From: Chrysomallon squamiferum
Taxonomy: Eukaryota > Animalia > Mollusca
DNA: 64,000 bases
Direction of reading: 5' to 3'
NCBI GenBank assembly: GCA_012295275.1
Contig: CM022665.1
Coordinates: 37,138,001 to 37,202,000, forward strand
The notes beneath the pieces are model-generated. The model did no database searches, had not been told where the DNA came from, and saw only the letters and a program-made list of their open reading frames with translations. The position numbers and the translations under genes were made by a program. This document shows positions 13,101 to 27,705 of the stretch, one piece after another (the first letter of the stretch is position 1; each line of letters begins with the position of its first letter).

Positions 13101-16100
13101 GTTTGGTTGTGAAATTTTCGTAACCATGCTTCACATCAGACAGCGACATTCTTAGAACATTTGATTTTATGTTTGCTGGTCGTACGATATGACTGTATTT
13201 ACTGATCTTGTCAGAGGATCATAGATATTCTTAAACCGACTTCGACAAATATTTGCTGTCATTGTTGATGTTGCTATTACCGAGGTTCTTGTTTTTCCGT
13301 TTATCAGGTAAATCTGACGCATTTGAGGACACGTGTATCCAGATAGGTCAGCGAGTAACCAATTTAATCAACACACACGTATTTTATATATTTTCATATG
13401 CAAAAAACAAAGCACCATAAAAGTACGTTATTCACATCTTTAATTAATTTGTCAAAATCGCATTGAACTATTTGCCATCCGTTTAGTTTGAACCGGTGTT
13501 TGTTCACGGCCAGCGAGGCAACCTCGTTGTCAGTTATTTATTCTACGAACAACATAGTAAATACCTCAGTAAAGAAAAAAAAAAAACATTTACTACCGAA
13601 TTTTCGGTGAATGAATCTACACACCTTTTATAATTACATATCTCACGTATGGAACAATCGTGGCACAACGAACATTAAATCGTAAACGAAGAGTTATTTA
13701 AAACAGTGTGCTTGTCGCCAGCAAGAAGAATAGAACTCCTGCCGCTGAGGTAATGACTCTAAGCTGGAAATATTTTACTTTATGATATCAGAGGCAGCAG
13801 AAGTCAGCCTCGACTCCCGCCCCACTGTTCTATTGTACACTTATATCAAGATGACCTTGTATAAATAAATATTAAAATAGGAGTGTATATATATATAAAA
13901 AAGAGTAATGTTTGATGCTAAGGAAAGAAGTGTGTTAAGTTGTATATGTTAATTGAAATCTTGGAATAAAATGATTTTATTGCTAATTATTATTATTACT
14001 GTTGTTATGTTCTTGGTAATGACAATCATGCGCTTTTTTATTCTTGTTGTTAACTATTATTTCTGCTACCAGTCAAAATTTTACAAATGACTGTGACAAC
14101 GATCGTTATTATAAAAACACTGTTACTACTGCTACTACTACTACATTGCTGATACTGCAAATACTACTGCTTCTGCTGGTGCTATTATTACTGCTACTAC
14201 CACCGCCACCACAACCACTACTACTACTACTACTACTGCTATTAACACCACCATCATTATTGGTCCCATTTATCTACAACCAAAACCTTCCGACATTGAT
14301 TAATACATTGACAGAGAACAAATCAAATGTACGACTTTTTAAAATGCATTAATCCACATATGACAGGCCTACTTCTATCGCTTGCTAAAAGGCCCTTGAT
14401 GACTTCTTTTTCCATTAGTTAAAAATGTGTGTCAGTTATAAAAATTAATGTTCAGTTTGCTTAACTAAAATATTCGATATGCTAATACGAAGTATTTGCT
14501 ATTAAATCTCGAATGGTAATGCTTGACAGCTTTTGTCAAACTAACTAGCTGTAAGATCCTTTCGAGATTATTACTACGGCACGAAACGGAAGCCGTTTCG
14601 CATTTGGCTCGTGCCGAACACGTGGTTAGGGCCTCAGCTAATATTAAAGTGCTTTGAAAAGCGCCTTGGCATTTCTATCAACGAACGCGAAGAGAGGCTA
14701 TTAACAAGTCAATCAACAGATCAAATGCCTGATTGTCCGCCATATTTGTTCCAAACAGAGGCTTGAGCATGCGCCGACACAGCTGAAAGTACAAGCCGTT
14801 TTCTGAACGTGACTAAACGATGACGTTGAAGAATAAACTTCGTAGACAAATGGTCTCAGGTTACAGTTTTTCTGTTCCGCAATCGATTTGCAGTGGTAAG
14901 AGTTTAAAGCGAAACAGAAAATCTTTCCCAGCCTTTTTGATGGTTTTGATAAGCATGTGCTGAATGAAAGTCTAACTGTGCAGGTATCATAAGCACCATG
15001 TAAATAAATATAATGTTGAAATTGTAAATATTTTTCCTCCTCCGCCTTCTGTTTCTTCTTCTTCTTCATTCGAGAATTCAGGAAGCGCATTCGGCACGAC
15101 CCTCATTTTATGCCTATCATCGATTGTTTTCCCTACAATTAAACCCATTTCATCTTGAAAGTTATCTTCTGTGGATACGCCCGAACACTGATCGATCTGC
15201 CCTTTTTGAACTTTTTCTTCACATCCTCATCAAAATCACTATCTTCTCATATTATTCTAATTATTCTAATTATTATGATGGTGATCATCATTTTCTTTTA
15301 TTCACTCATTACTTTTTTTTTTTTTTTTTTTTTTGATGACGTATTGAAATATATACTGTTTTCAAATCATTTATTTTATTTCATATCTGTAACAGTGAAG
15401 AAAATATTCGAGAAAGGAGACCACAACGTATTAAAAAATAACGGGAAAATTAAACTGGTAATTGTAAATTAATTAATTAAACGCACTGTCAGATACAACT
15501 GACATACCTCGAATAATTAATCATCATCATTCATCACGTTTAAACTATACTTGACGTTTTCAGCCTCGACGTATTTTGGTTCAGTGATCGGTACTTAACT
15601 AAAACATTTTATTTTGCCTCTTCGTACACAGAATCTTTACTGTACAAAAACAGCTTATTCGTGATTCCATAGCTCAGTCCGTTTAAACAATTAAAATCTT
15701 TCACTATCATTTCGTCCACAGACACTTTGATATACATTTTCTCTATAATGTAAATAATTAATGTGCAAACTTTTAAGGTTTTTTGTTTGTTGTTTTTTTG
15801 TTTTGTTCAGAGAATATTAAGTATAGCATTATAACCTGTTATTTCTGAAGGTAGTTAAAACATTAATTTATTGATGAATAGAATCTGTGGTTTTCAGTCT
15901 CAGAGTATTTTTGATTCAAGAAGCTAATTAATCAGTATATAGTGTATAGTTTTCCTAACTTTCTGCTGATGTACAAATTTAACAATTCTGAATATTTAAG
16001 ATGCTTATCAGTGTCAGAATTATGTTGAAATATTGACTGCGTTTGCTGACTGTTGCAATAATGTTAAAACTACGTTTAGGTGATCTGTAATGGCGGTTGC

Positions 16101-17184
16101 CACAGAATCTGAAAATAAAATAAAATAAAATAAAAATATCACCATTATCAGCTTATGAACAAAATAATTATTTGTGTTTTAAAAAAAAAAAAAAAAAAAA
16201 AAGAATAGCCCATGCATGATATTGTTGGTAATACGATTCCTTTTTCATTTTCTCTTCATGATTCCTCGCCATACGAAAAACGTCATATAACTGTAGATCG
16301 TAAATGTTATGAATTAACTGCTAAATAAAATATTTCTTCCTTGCTTGTTGCTGATTTGATGTTGGTCTTTTTGCCCCTCAACATTTGTTGTTCATTTAAT
16401 GCGATGTTTCGTATAAACTGCGTGTCTGAGTTAGACAGAACATCTGTCAATAACGTCTCTGATTATCTGCATATCGTAATTACCAGATAAATCTACATAT
16501 CGCTGTTACGCGATAAGAGCGCTCTTCGTTGTTTTTTTTTTTTTTTTATCTATACATCTTTTTATAAGACGAAATGATATTCCAGGTATTCGAGATATTC
16601 GAGATGATAACATACTACTGTTACTGCTATCGGATAACAAAGAACGGGTTTGTTTCGTCATCGCGGTATACTTTTGTCACCTAACTCGGCTGCCCGGTAG
16701 AAGGATCCAGTTCAGGTACGGGATGTTGTATCGAGAGATTGCTGGGGGAAAACGTCAACCAATAAATCACCTAATTTATACTTTCGTTCACTGAAATTCA
16801 AGTACACCTGCCTTGGACGTTCAATTCAACATGAGCATCTGGTTATCTAAATCACACAAAGGTAGTGTGTTAGAGGACAGAAGAGATGTTATGATCTTAC
16901 AACTTTCATATTAACTACCTTATTGTCTTTTTGACTTTCTCTCTGTGACTCTTTGTGATTGTTTAACGTTCTATATAAATGTTTCTCGACTCGTTCGCTC
17001 CCCCTCCATTTCTCTCCCCCTCCATTTCTCTCCCCCCCTCCTGTCTCTGTCTCTCTCTCTCTGTCTCTGTCTCTCTGACTGTCTCTCTCTCTCTTAGCGA
17101 CAGTGAGTTGTAGGAAATAAAAGAACAATATATACTCTTCTTTTTAATTAGTCTTTAAAACTTTATTATAGTATGACTTAGGGA

Positions 17185-17201
17185 GAGAGAGAAAGATAGA
17201 T

Positions 17202-17268
<67 letters not shown>
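17185..17268. repeat. (AG)n microsatellite
   Basis: Direct reading. Confidence 0.95.
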
Positions 17269-17270
<2 letters not shown>

Positions 17271-18959
17271 AATAATTAAATATTAATTTATTAACGTCTG
17301 AATTTACGAATAAATATTCTTTGATTCGTTCGAAAGAAAAACACTTTTTTTTTTTAAGAATCTGTATATAACTAGTATAATTCTTCTGCAAACCATTTAA
17401 AAGTATAAAAAGCCTCACGAAAAAGGTTATAACGTATTTACCCAGTGATATATGATTTTAATGATTAAATTGCGGAGATAGGAAATCAAACCTTGACACA
17501 AGAACACTGGGAGGCTGCTGTTTACATAAAACAAAGATCACAGCGAATTCTTGGAAGTTCTATTTTTTACCATCGCCTTCGTTCCCAAGTGCAATGGCGT
17601 GCTTTTTCCGGTGGAATTCGGGTAAGAATGAACGTAGGAAAGTAGAATATTATTCTCTTTGAAGTTTCACTCTTTACATGTTCGTGCTTTGGTGGCCTTA
17701 CATTTGTCTAAACAGTCAGCATGTTTTGATTTGTGTAAACACTGGTTTATTTCGCTACTTGAATGAAGTAAAGAAAGGCCTTTGATTCATTCGCATCAGA
17801 TTTCTAACATGAAACAAAAGCAAAACAACACGAAAATGATGTTGTAAGTGCACTGCAAAGAAGCAGATTATTTTGCATTTTTATCGCATAGAAAATAAAC
17901 GTCTGCACCTGTCTTTCTTTTATTTTTCACTCTCTGCCCAGTGTTTTATCTCTCTATCTTTCTCTGTCTTCTTCTCTCTTTCTCTCTCACACATATATTC
18001 CCTGCGTCAATCTAGCAGTATTATTAGGATGGTCGTTGTGGTATCAATTTGTTTCATTTTAATTTTTTAATTTTTTTTTATTTACATATTATTATTATTA
18101 ATTTTTATTTTATTTTATTTTTTTTTATGGAACAACAATGGAAACTGGTGTTTTCTCTTTCTTGTGCTATCATGCTTGTTTTTTTTTTTTTTTTTTTTTA
18201 ATTAATGTTATATGTATATTTACATTAATTTTACAAAATAAATGAAATCAAATCAGATCAAATGAAACTAATGACTAGAAATAGATTATGAAATAACAGA
18301 TGCAACAGTAAACATCGTTTACGAACGTCAAGAAGTTAATTGCAATACAGCAATTATTGCATTTTTATGAGAAACTACTTATTGCTTTATAACCGTTATA
18401 TAAGTAATAGCGATTATATAATTATATATTGATGGTACTTGTGTTGGGAAAACGAAATTACTAGTAAAATGATAGTATTTTTCTAAAAACGATTACTGTT
18501 AACAAGTATTATAAAGCTGATATTAACACACGTTTTGTATACTAGATAAAAATAATCATATAATTTCTAAACGGGGTTTGAAACGCAGATGGGAAGGTAC
18601 CTTTACTACAAACCCCTCAGTTAAACATCTATCTTTCCTGTCCACAAAAACACCATTCAAAGTGATAAATTTATCTTTTTTTTTTTTTTTTAAGCTGATA
18701 ATTGTTTCCGTACAATAAATATAGTTTCTCACAATGCTAAAATAATTAGAGATTGCTCCAGTGACTGTAAAATCAATGTGAAAACAGACGCCATTGTGAG
18801 TAAAATTAACTTTGCGATCAGGTTTCTGTGTAATTATACAGTCAGAGAAGCAAAGTGACCACCAAGGCTTTCACTCAGATTTCAGTCAGTGAAATAAAAT
18901 ATCACATCTGGGATGTATCATATCTCCACAAGACTCATTTCATTATCTGAGTGCAAATC

Positions 18960-19045
18960 AATAGTGATGATGATGATGGTAGAACAGTAGTAGTAGTAGT
19001 AATGTGATTATGATGATGATAGCATTATTTATAATAATAATAATA

Positions 19046-19076
<31 letters not shown>

Positions 19077-19535
19077 TGATGATGATGATGATGATAATGA
19101 AGAGGATACAGAAGAAAAAGTAGAAGAATATTATTACTACTGTTACTATCACTGTTTGCTGGTGCAGTTGGTACTGGTATTATTACTGCTGTTTCTGCTA
19201 TTACTAACATCATTACCGTTACCATTTCCACTACTACAACCACCAATACTACATCACTATTGTTGTCTTCACATCACTACTGTCTATATTTGTTCAGTAC
19301 TTCTGTACTCTGCTACTACTACCATTATTATACCACAACCACAACCACAACCACTACAACTACAACTACAACTACTAGTCGTGGACTGGAAGTACTTCGA
19401 CTCGTTTATTGTAACTACTACTACTACCACCACTACTACTACTACTGCTATTACTACTGTTACTATTGCTATTGCCACTAGTACTTCTGATACTGCTACT
19501 GCTACTATTACTATTACTACCGCTACTGCTTAAGT
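18960..19535. repeat. Compound trinucleotide tract (ATG/AGT/AAT then ACT/ACC/ACA)
   Basis: Direct reading; it explains the poly-I/T/L/Y ORFs. Confidence 0.85.
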
Positions 19536-20769
19536 AGATTCGATTATTACTTCGTGTAATAATATTAATAACATGAAAGATAAAATAACAAAATAAATAA
19601 CAACAATAAATACACCATTCTTAAAAAAAAATATTTTTTTCACAGCTAAGGGTTTTGCTGTGATATAGATCGTATTATGGTACTCCAGTACTCGTAATCA
19701 GACAAAACATCTAAGAAACCCGCACATCCACAATCGTGATACTGCATAACGAACACTAGACATCGTCTAACGTTTAGTACTCAGCAACCTCTGTTTCTTT
19801 ATCGAGTAGTTTATAGACTCGGAAGAATTTAGGACCAGAAAGCTGGAAACTGATATGAAGAAGATCCAGACGTGATAAATCTAGCCTAGAGCATTAACCA
19901 TTCTGATTCAAAGGTTAGCGAAGTCAGCAGCACTGGAAGAATGGACGCACACAGACACACTCACAGTCTTAGAAAGAAATAACGAAATGTTTTATTTAGC
20001 GTCGTGCTCAGTGGGTATGTTGAAAAACATGGATCTTTCGAACCGCTTGGATCCGTCATAAGCTCTAACCTCTGAGGTACAGATTTGTCAGAAGACAGTC
20101 CTGGACAATGACAAGTTTGCGAAAGTAATGAATACAAGGTAATGTTTTTCTGGAGCTCTGCAGGAACCACTACAAGTCAGGTGCACTTATTGTAATAATC
20201 AACACACGAAACCGATATCGCATCACACCGTGACTCTGATATGCTTCTAATGCATTCAGAACTGCTTGATTTTAATCCAGAAGGTTATTTACTGTACTTA
20301 ATGTAGTTATCTCAGCGAAAACAGTCATTATAAGGCAACGGTTTGTGAACACACTGCACTCACAGAATGTAATTCACGATCATATTTCTTCCCAAAATAC
20401 CTCGATCAGTGAAATATATACGACCAGTAATCGTAGGCGACAGAGACCCGCGAAATGATTAATCTGTTTGATGAAAGGCTACAAATTTAATGAAGACGAA
20501 ACTACCAATCAAACTGAAGTATTAGAAACATTAATGGGTAATATTTATTTATGCTCTATTCGTAGGCGAAGTTTTCTCTGTAGCTACAAACTATTCATAT
20601 ATACAAATTTTGAAATTTCCAAAATAAAAATATTGTTATTAATAGTCTGATATACGCGTACATCAGTGTACCATAGCAATGATGAATAGGAAAACAATTC
20701 ATGAAATTTAAATATATATATATATATATTGTAATGAAAGGTGTTTTGAATCAGTCAATGAATCGATCA

Positions 20770-21075
20770 CTGAATAAAGGAATATTTGTTTAACAAATAT
20801 ATTTTATTATCATAATTTCCTTTATCTATTGACTCTGTAGGAAAAATTATATAAATGAGGAAATGTAGAAACCAGCTGTCGCGATCCATGGACTACTACA
20901 TCAATCTGCGACAAGGATTTAAAAACAAAAAATTATCTTCTTTTACCGAGCAAAGAATCTACTACACAGCCTTTGATAATCTAGCACCATTGACTGGGTG
21001 GTTAATAATACTGAGGGTGCACTGAAAAGATTCGTTCTGCTTTATACTTTACATTATACCTGAGCTTTAACCACA
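20770..21075 (-). mobile_element. Degenerate SINE copy, reverse orientation
   Basis: The + strand reads AAAGGAATATTTGTTTAAC..GAAACCAGCTGTCGCGATCCATGGACTACT..ACAAGGATTT..CACAGCCTTTGATAATCTAG..GAGCTTTAACCAC, the reverse complement of the family layout. Confidence 0.55.
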
Positions 21076-23054
21076 AAACTTCAGAGCATTCTCAAAATAT
21101 GAATTATTATGGAATTAAAAAAAATAGATATAAAAAAGACTTATTTGCTTTGATAGCATATATTATAGTCGTTATATTCATATGAAGTTATAAGAAAGCA
21201 TATTTAGTGGACCGAATACTGAATATGAAAAATATTATAGAGTAACTGAATACTAGTTAAAGCGGATACTGTTTGGCTTAGTCTCTTTAAAACATTTACG
21301 TTAATATTGAAAAATAACAGACCATCTTGCTATCTGTGGTTGAAACGGGAGGGTAAAGAATTAAATGATGTGTTTAATGTGCTGTGGAAACATGCTTCTC
21401 GTTTTGGCGTGTGTTTGTCAGACGTATCGCATTCTGTGCATTTGAACACAGACGTTTTGGCCAAAGAAACGCAATATAACGCCATACAGTGCAATGATAT
21501 ATACATGTTTGCATTACTATTACCACGTGCGTGTGGGCATAGATATCTGCGTATACTGAATATATGCTAACAGTTCTGCATTTGATTAAGTCTTAAAAGA
21601 ACAAAAACAATAATAATAACTATGACGGTAATGATAACAATAATAGTAATGATAATTAAAAAACAACTATAATGATGACAGTAATATTAACAGTAACAAC
21701 AACAACAACAATGTTACAGCTGCTATTGTCGATGTCGTTGCGTCTACTACAACTACGTCTATTATTGTTACACATACACGACTGCTGTTCCTGCTATTAA
21801 TAATACTACTACTCCTACGGCTGCTACTGTTGCAGCTATTACTGCTACTACTACTATCGCCATTGCTAGTGTTATTGCTAATGTTAATGCTACTGCTACT
21901 AATATTAAAACTAATATTACAAGGACTAGAAATCCTAGTTACTTCTATAATTAAAAATATATAAACAAATAAATAAACTGACCAGGAAAAAGAGAAAATT
22001 TAATAGACATGCAAATAGAAAAACAAATGCCTCAACCGTTACAGTCAGAAAGAAAAGAGAACATGCAAAAAATAAATAATGGCGCACATATGTGTATACT
22101 TTATAGAAATATAATAATAATAATAATAATAATAATATTTAAACACGGGCAGACAGTTAATGTTTCTTAAACACAAAATCTTTATTTATTCTAAGATTAT
22201 CGACGCAAGTAAAATTAACAACAAGCTTTTTTGTTGGGCATGTTATATGTGATAAATGGAAAATGAATTTTTTTCTTTTTACCTATAAATATATACGTTC
22301 GTATGTATGGATACACACACACACACACACACACACACACTGATATATATATATATGAGTTAATATACATATAGGATATATAGGGAATACACATTTACAC
22401 ACATTTACATACAGAGATAACAAAATGATACATATAAATATGTTTTCATTACTTCTATTTTCAGATTCAAATCAGCCGTCACGTGCTCCTGTATTAATCT
22501 TCAGTTGTGCTCTATCTCGGTAGATATATTATCACCTGTACTATATTTAATTACTCGGTGTTAATGAAACACAGGCAGCAAACGACTAACCGACATACGC
22601 GGATGTCAAGCACTTTCTAACGAAGCGAGAAGAGAGTGTATCACAAACAGAAGGCGATTATCTGCATTCCAAACACAGAAAGAATTCCCGTCCAGATTAG
22701 TTCTGTTTATTAAGATATGCTCATTTAACATAGATCGTGACTAGTATATATATTGTTAAAACATAGAGACTGTTGTACATCCAGACATATGGACGTATGT
22801 ATATATATATATATTTGTATACGTCTGTAATATGTGTGTTGGCGTGCGTGCGTGTGCGAATGTTTATGTGTTTATATTTACGTATGAATAATAATATATA
22901 TGTATGTACGAACATACAAACATACATACAGAAACGCACAGATACACGCACAGATACACACACACATACATACGCAAACATACCTAGACAGGTATTGCAA
23001 TGAGATGGAAATACATTCATCCATCCGTCAGTTCATATACACGTACACACTGAC

Positions 23055-23150
23055 ATCTGTTATATGTGCACCTTCCCGTAGACAGCAAAGTACACATCAC
23101 AACGTTTGATAAAGAAACCGCGAGACACTGGCTGGAACAGGAAATATACC
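23055..23150 (-). mobile_element. SINE core fragment, reverse orientation
   Basis: TATATGTGCACCTTCCCGTAGACAGCAAAGTACACATCACAACGTTTGATAAA..CACTGGCTGGAACAGGAAATA, the reverse complement of the core domain. Confidence 0.6.
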
Positions 23151-23169
23151 ATAAGACATTCATACATTT

Positions 23170-23360
23170 TATTTTATTATTACTACTACTACTTCTTCTG
23201 CTACGACTGCTGCTACTACTACTACTGCTGCTGCTACTGCTACTATTATTACTATTACTTCAACTACTACTTTTACTGTTGTTGTTGTTGTTGTCGATGT
23301 TATTATTATTATTATTATCACTATAGCCATTATTATTATTATTATTATTATTATTACTTC
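23170..23360. repeat. Compound trinucleotide tract (ACT/GCT/GTT/ATT)
   Basis: Direct reading. Confidence 0.85.
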
Positions 23361-24117
23361 TATTTCTTTTCTGATAACATTGAGAAGTAACTCTGATTTT
23401 GGCTTATTCTGATTTTTTTCCTGTTCTTGCATCTTCACCTATATCTGTCTCTAACTCGGTGATGTGTTTTTCTGGATGTAGAAAATAACTTACAAAGCAA
23501 AAACTCTTTGGTCTCTGTTTGCACGACTTCACCTTTCGTTTTCTTTTTTCTGGTATGGGACTTCTCGAAATAAAACAAACAGATCGAAAGGCAGATAAAG
23601 ATTGAAAAAAAAAAAAAAAAAAAGATAATTTCTTTACGGACATAAAAAAAGAATTACAGATAGTCGTACATAAATCCGATTATGCAAACAAAACGTAAAT
23701 TTTATGAGAGAATTCTCTTCATATTCCACGGTTCAGACAATTTTTATTAGAGGATTTACGGTTAGAAAGTTTGGTATGTTGAAAGGAAACTTTTTTTTTT
23801 ATTATTGTTATTTTTATTTTATCAGATTTTTACTAAGAGTTAGAAATTTTTATCACAGGGCTTACGACCCGGTTAGAAATTTGGGTATGTGGAAAGGAAT
23901 TATCTGCACCTGTTGACTTGTGAACTACATTTGAAGAATTAGGCCAGTTTGAAAGCAAAAGAAAATCCATGAATATTGGAGTAGCGGATAGCCATGTCTG
24001 TATGTCTGACATAAGGTCGACCTTTCAGAAAACAATGTAGCTAACTGGATGTTTATTCCAGGCAAAAATACCTCTCTGTCTACAGAGACTTCCAGTTTAC
24101 TGCATCAAGCTAGCAAA

Positions 24118-24238
24118 GTTGTATGTATGTGCGTGAGTTATATGTATGTGCATGAGTTGTATGTATGTGCGTGAGTTGTATGTATGTGTTGAGTTGTATG
24201 TATGTGTGTGATTATGTGTTTGAGTATATGTATGTATG

Positions 24239-24272
<34 letters not shown>

Positions 24273-24395
24273 TGTATGTATGTATATATGTATGTATATA
24301 TGTGTATGTGTATATTTGAATGCGTTTGTAATATGTGTGTGCGTGCGTGCGTGTGCGCGTGTGCATTTGTGTGTGAGCGCGTGTTTATGTGTTTA
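24118..24395. repeat. (TATG)n/(TG)n compound microsatellite preceded by ~18-bp units GAGTTGTATGTATGTGCGT
   Basis: Direct reading. Confidence 0.85.
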
Positions 24396-25339
24396 TATGA
24401 AAGTCCGCAGAGGGGTGCGTTCGTCTTTGTACTCATATTTATTCATATTTGTACCTATATCCTAACTTAGCCAGTAAACCAACGAATAAAAAATCTTCTG
24501 TTTCATAGAAACCAAGAAAGTATAAGCGATTTATCCCATCATTTAAAAATGACCACCACATATACATAGCATTACTATTAACCGCAAAAGGCAATTTATA
24601 CGAGGTATCAATCTTTAGCCTTTAACCGTTTGATCGTCCTTGAAAGTTCAGATTAGGGTCAAACGTATTTCGATGAGTTTTTATTTCGCACTTTAGTATT
24701 AAAATAAGTAACTCATCTTTGACTTTGTCCATTAAAAAAATAATATACTTCACTTTTAATAATTACTACTGTATGATCTCGTTAAATATTTATGTATTCG
24801 TTTGACATAAAAAGCGGATGAATTATTTTCGTATTTATGAAAGTGTAAAATAAATAATACGGAAATAAAAGTCGTTCGACACATTAACCAAACGAGTTCT
24901 TTATTTGCAAAAATGGCGAGTATAAATAATAATCGTATGTTCTGTCGGTCGGCCATCGACGTTAATGTGTTTGCCAACATCAGATACGTGACTAGGGTAG
25001 TGGGCAAGATGCGACATCTGACGTACGTGACCGAACGAAGACTTTTCTTTTCAAATAATAAAAAAAAAAAACACAAAACAAAACGTTTGTATCGATTTGT
25101 TCATCCCTGTAGACATGTTCTTTTTGACTGTAACAAAATACGGGGAACATCTGCCGATAGAGTTGGGTCTTTTTGTTTTGTATTTTTATTACCTAAAAAA
25201 AAAAAAAAAAAAAACCCAAAAGATCTTTGTAACGGCAAAAAAAAAAGAAGAGATACTGGTTGATTAGCCTTTGCAGCGATAAAAACGTTAATAGAAATAT
25301 TTCTGCAATTCAGTAGATATAATACGAGTTTCTGCTGAC

Positions 25340-25860
25340 TACAAATAACTGAATAATAATAACAACAGCAACTCAAGTAATTAAAAATTATAAAACCGAT
25401 ATAAATATAATTCAAAACAGTAACTTCAATTATTGGTTATGAAACTAAATAACTCAAAAAAAAAAAAAAAAAAAATGATAACACTAATGGGTCATCAATC
25501 TAACTAATTCAAACTTATAGTATCAACTAATCATCAAGTAATTCAAAATAACAATAATACCAAATGCTCATCAAACCAAGTATTTCAAATCGATAACACC
25601 GATCATGTTCCTAATTAATTAAAAATAGAAGTATCATTTGGTCATTAACTTAAGTAACTAACGATGATGGCAATAACTGGTCATCAGTTAAATATTAAAG
25701 ATTAAAATACGGACGGATAAATCAAGTGAAACAATCATAAAATACTGATACTCAGCTTAGATAATTAAAATGTTTGGCATAAAATCGATCCTCAACGGAA
25801 TCAGTTTAAAATATGTTGATATCAACTGATCCTCCAACTAATAAATTAAAAACAAACACA
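25340..25860. repeat. Highly decayed minisatellite (~36-38-bp unit, GGTCATCAA..AAGTAATTCAAAATAA..)
   Basis: Recurrent TCATCAA/TAATTCAAA motifs at ~25490, 25530, 25568, 25640 and 25679. Confidence 0.5.
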
Positions 25861-26584
25861 ACGTTAACACTCAACCTAACAAGAAGAAAATCATAATACA
25901 AATTATGTAAATAGTCAAGAAATACAATCAGTTAAAAGCAACAGATCCTAAACCTAAACAGAATGTTCCTTACATAATAATATAAATGTTTAATATAAAA
26001 TGACAATTTATATGGAGTTAAACAACGATAATGACAAACAGCTACTGTGAAATGTATGGTATACAATAGCACTAAAGAAGGGCCAATCCTATATTATTTG
26101 TGCTCTACTGGATATCTTTGTTTTATTGCTTTTCAGAATCAGGGTATTTTTAAACTTAAAATAACGACCTGTAGACGTCAAAGCTGGGGACCTGTCTGAA
26201 ATTGGAAAGTTCAAACATTATGGTCAGAACAGACTACTGGAAAGTGTAAGGAAATATCTAGATGTTTGACATGCTATTAAGTAATACAGAATTTGTCCAC
26301 GTAAGTCTGTAGTTTTATTACCCTTCTCGTAAGCGGATACACATAATAGGTCTCACAACGAAACATATGATATTGAGTGAACAAGCAGTGTTGTAGGTGT
26401 TGCATTTCTTCAAAATACGTTTGGCCGTGTTGGTATACACGTATTGCATCGTCTAGAATCATGCAGCATGGTTTCAGATTGTTTCACGTCATAAAACAAA
26501 CTTGCTGAAGATATTTGAGGAATGCAGTGATTGTATTTTAAAATTGAAATTGTAGTGAAATGGGAAGAGCCCCTTGCAGGTTTT

Positions 26585-27120
26585 CTTACATTCCGTGCAT
26601 TTATTCATCAACGCCATGCATGCATTTACTCACCCGTTACACGGATTTATGTACGCATTCCATGCACTTATTCATCCATTCCAAACATTTATTCATTCAT
26701 TCCATGCATTTATTCATCCTTTCCAAACATGTATTCATTCATTCCATGCATTTATTAATCCTTTCCATTTATTCATTCATTCCATGTAGTTATTCACCCA
26801 TTCCAAACTTTTATTCATCCATTCCATGCACCCATTCCATTTATTCATCCTTTCCAACATTTATTCATTCATTCATACATTTATTCATCTGTTTGATATA
26901 CTTACTTATCCATTCCATACATTTATTCACACATTCCATATATTTATTCATTCATTCCACACATTTATCATCCATTCATACATTTATTTATTCATCCATT
27001 CTATACATATATTCATCCATTCATCCATTGTTTTATACATTCCATACATTTATTCACCCATTTCATGTATTTATTCACACATTCCATGCATTTTATTCAT
27101 CCATTCATCATTTATATCCA
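26585..27120. repeat. Minisatellite, 21-bp unit ~TTATTCATCCATTCCATGCAT
   Basis: About 25 degenerate units; CATTCC recurs with 21-bp spacing. Confidence 0.9.
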
Positions 27121-27199
27121 GTTTTTAAATGAAGTCCTATGCTTGTCCACTTCTGTACTTATCTACTATTTCTACCGAATTTGTTCTCACTGTGTCCTC

Positions 27200-27410
27200 T
27201 GACTATTTCCCATTCTGGCATGAACCCAGCCACTGGTTATCAAAGGCCATGGAATATACTTTTCGTATTATGTGTGCATAATTAATAAAAGATCCGTATG
27301 TATCATTAAAAGTCAAATTTACAAATATTGCTTTGGTCCCACACATATTTTCCAAGTCCTAAATGTCTGATTCTATAATAGTATCGTTAAGAAAGAAAAC
27401 AAAAACAACC
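27200..27410 (+). mobile_element. Degenerate SINE fragment (same family)
   Basis: GACTATTTCCCATTCTGGC..CACTGGTTATCAAAGGCCATGGAATAT..TGCATAA..TAAAAGATCCG core. Confidence 0.55.
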
Positions 27411-27595
27411 CAAGCAAAATTTATATCATTTTTCTATATGACCATAATTTTATAGTACCATTCTAAATGTTCACGAACCTCTTGTTTTTCTTTCACTCAG
27501 TTTATCACCTTCCTCCTCATACTTTGTCTATCTTTCCATATCTCACTCAACTCTCTGTTTTTTTCTCCAACGCTTCCTCCCTCCCTGCCCTCCCC

Positions 27596-27705
<110 letters not shown>

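Noticed and set aside
14713-15090. 125-aa minus-strand ORF
   Set aside because: No recognisable domain or splice structure; consistent with a chance ORF.
26560-27132. 190-aa His/Ser/Ile/Phe-rich ORF
   Set aside because: Translation of the 21-bp minisatellite; open in several frames, with no splice support.
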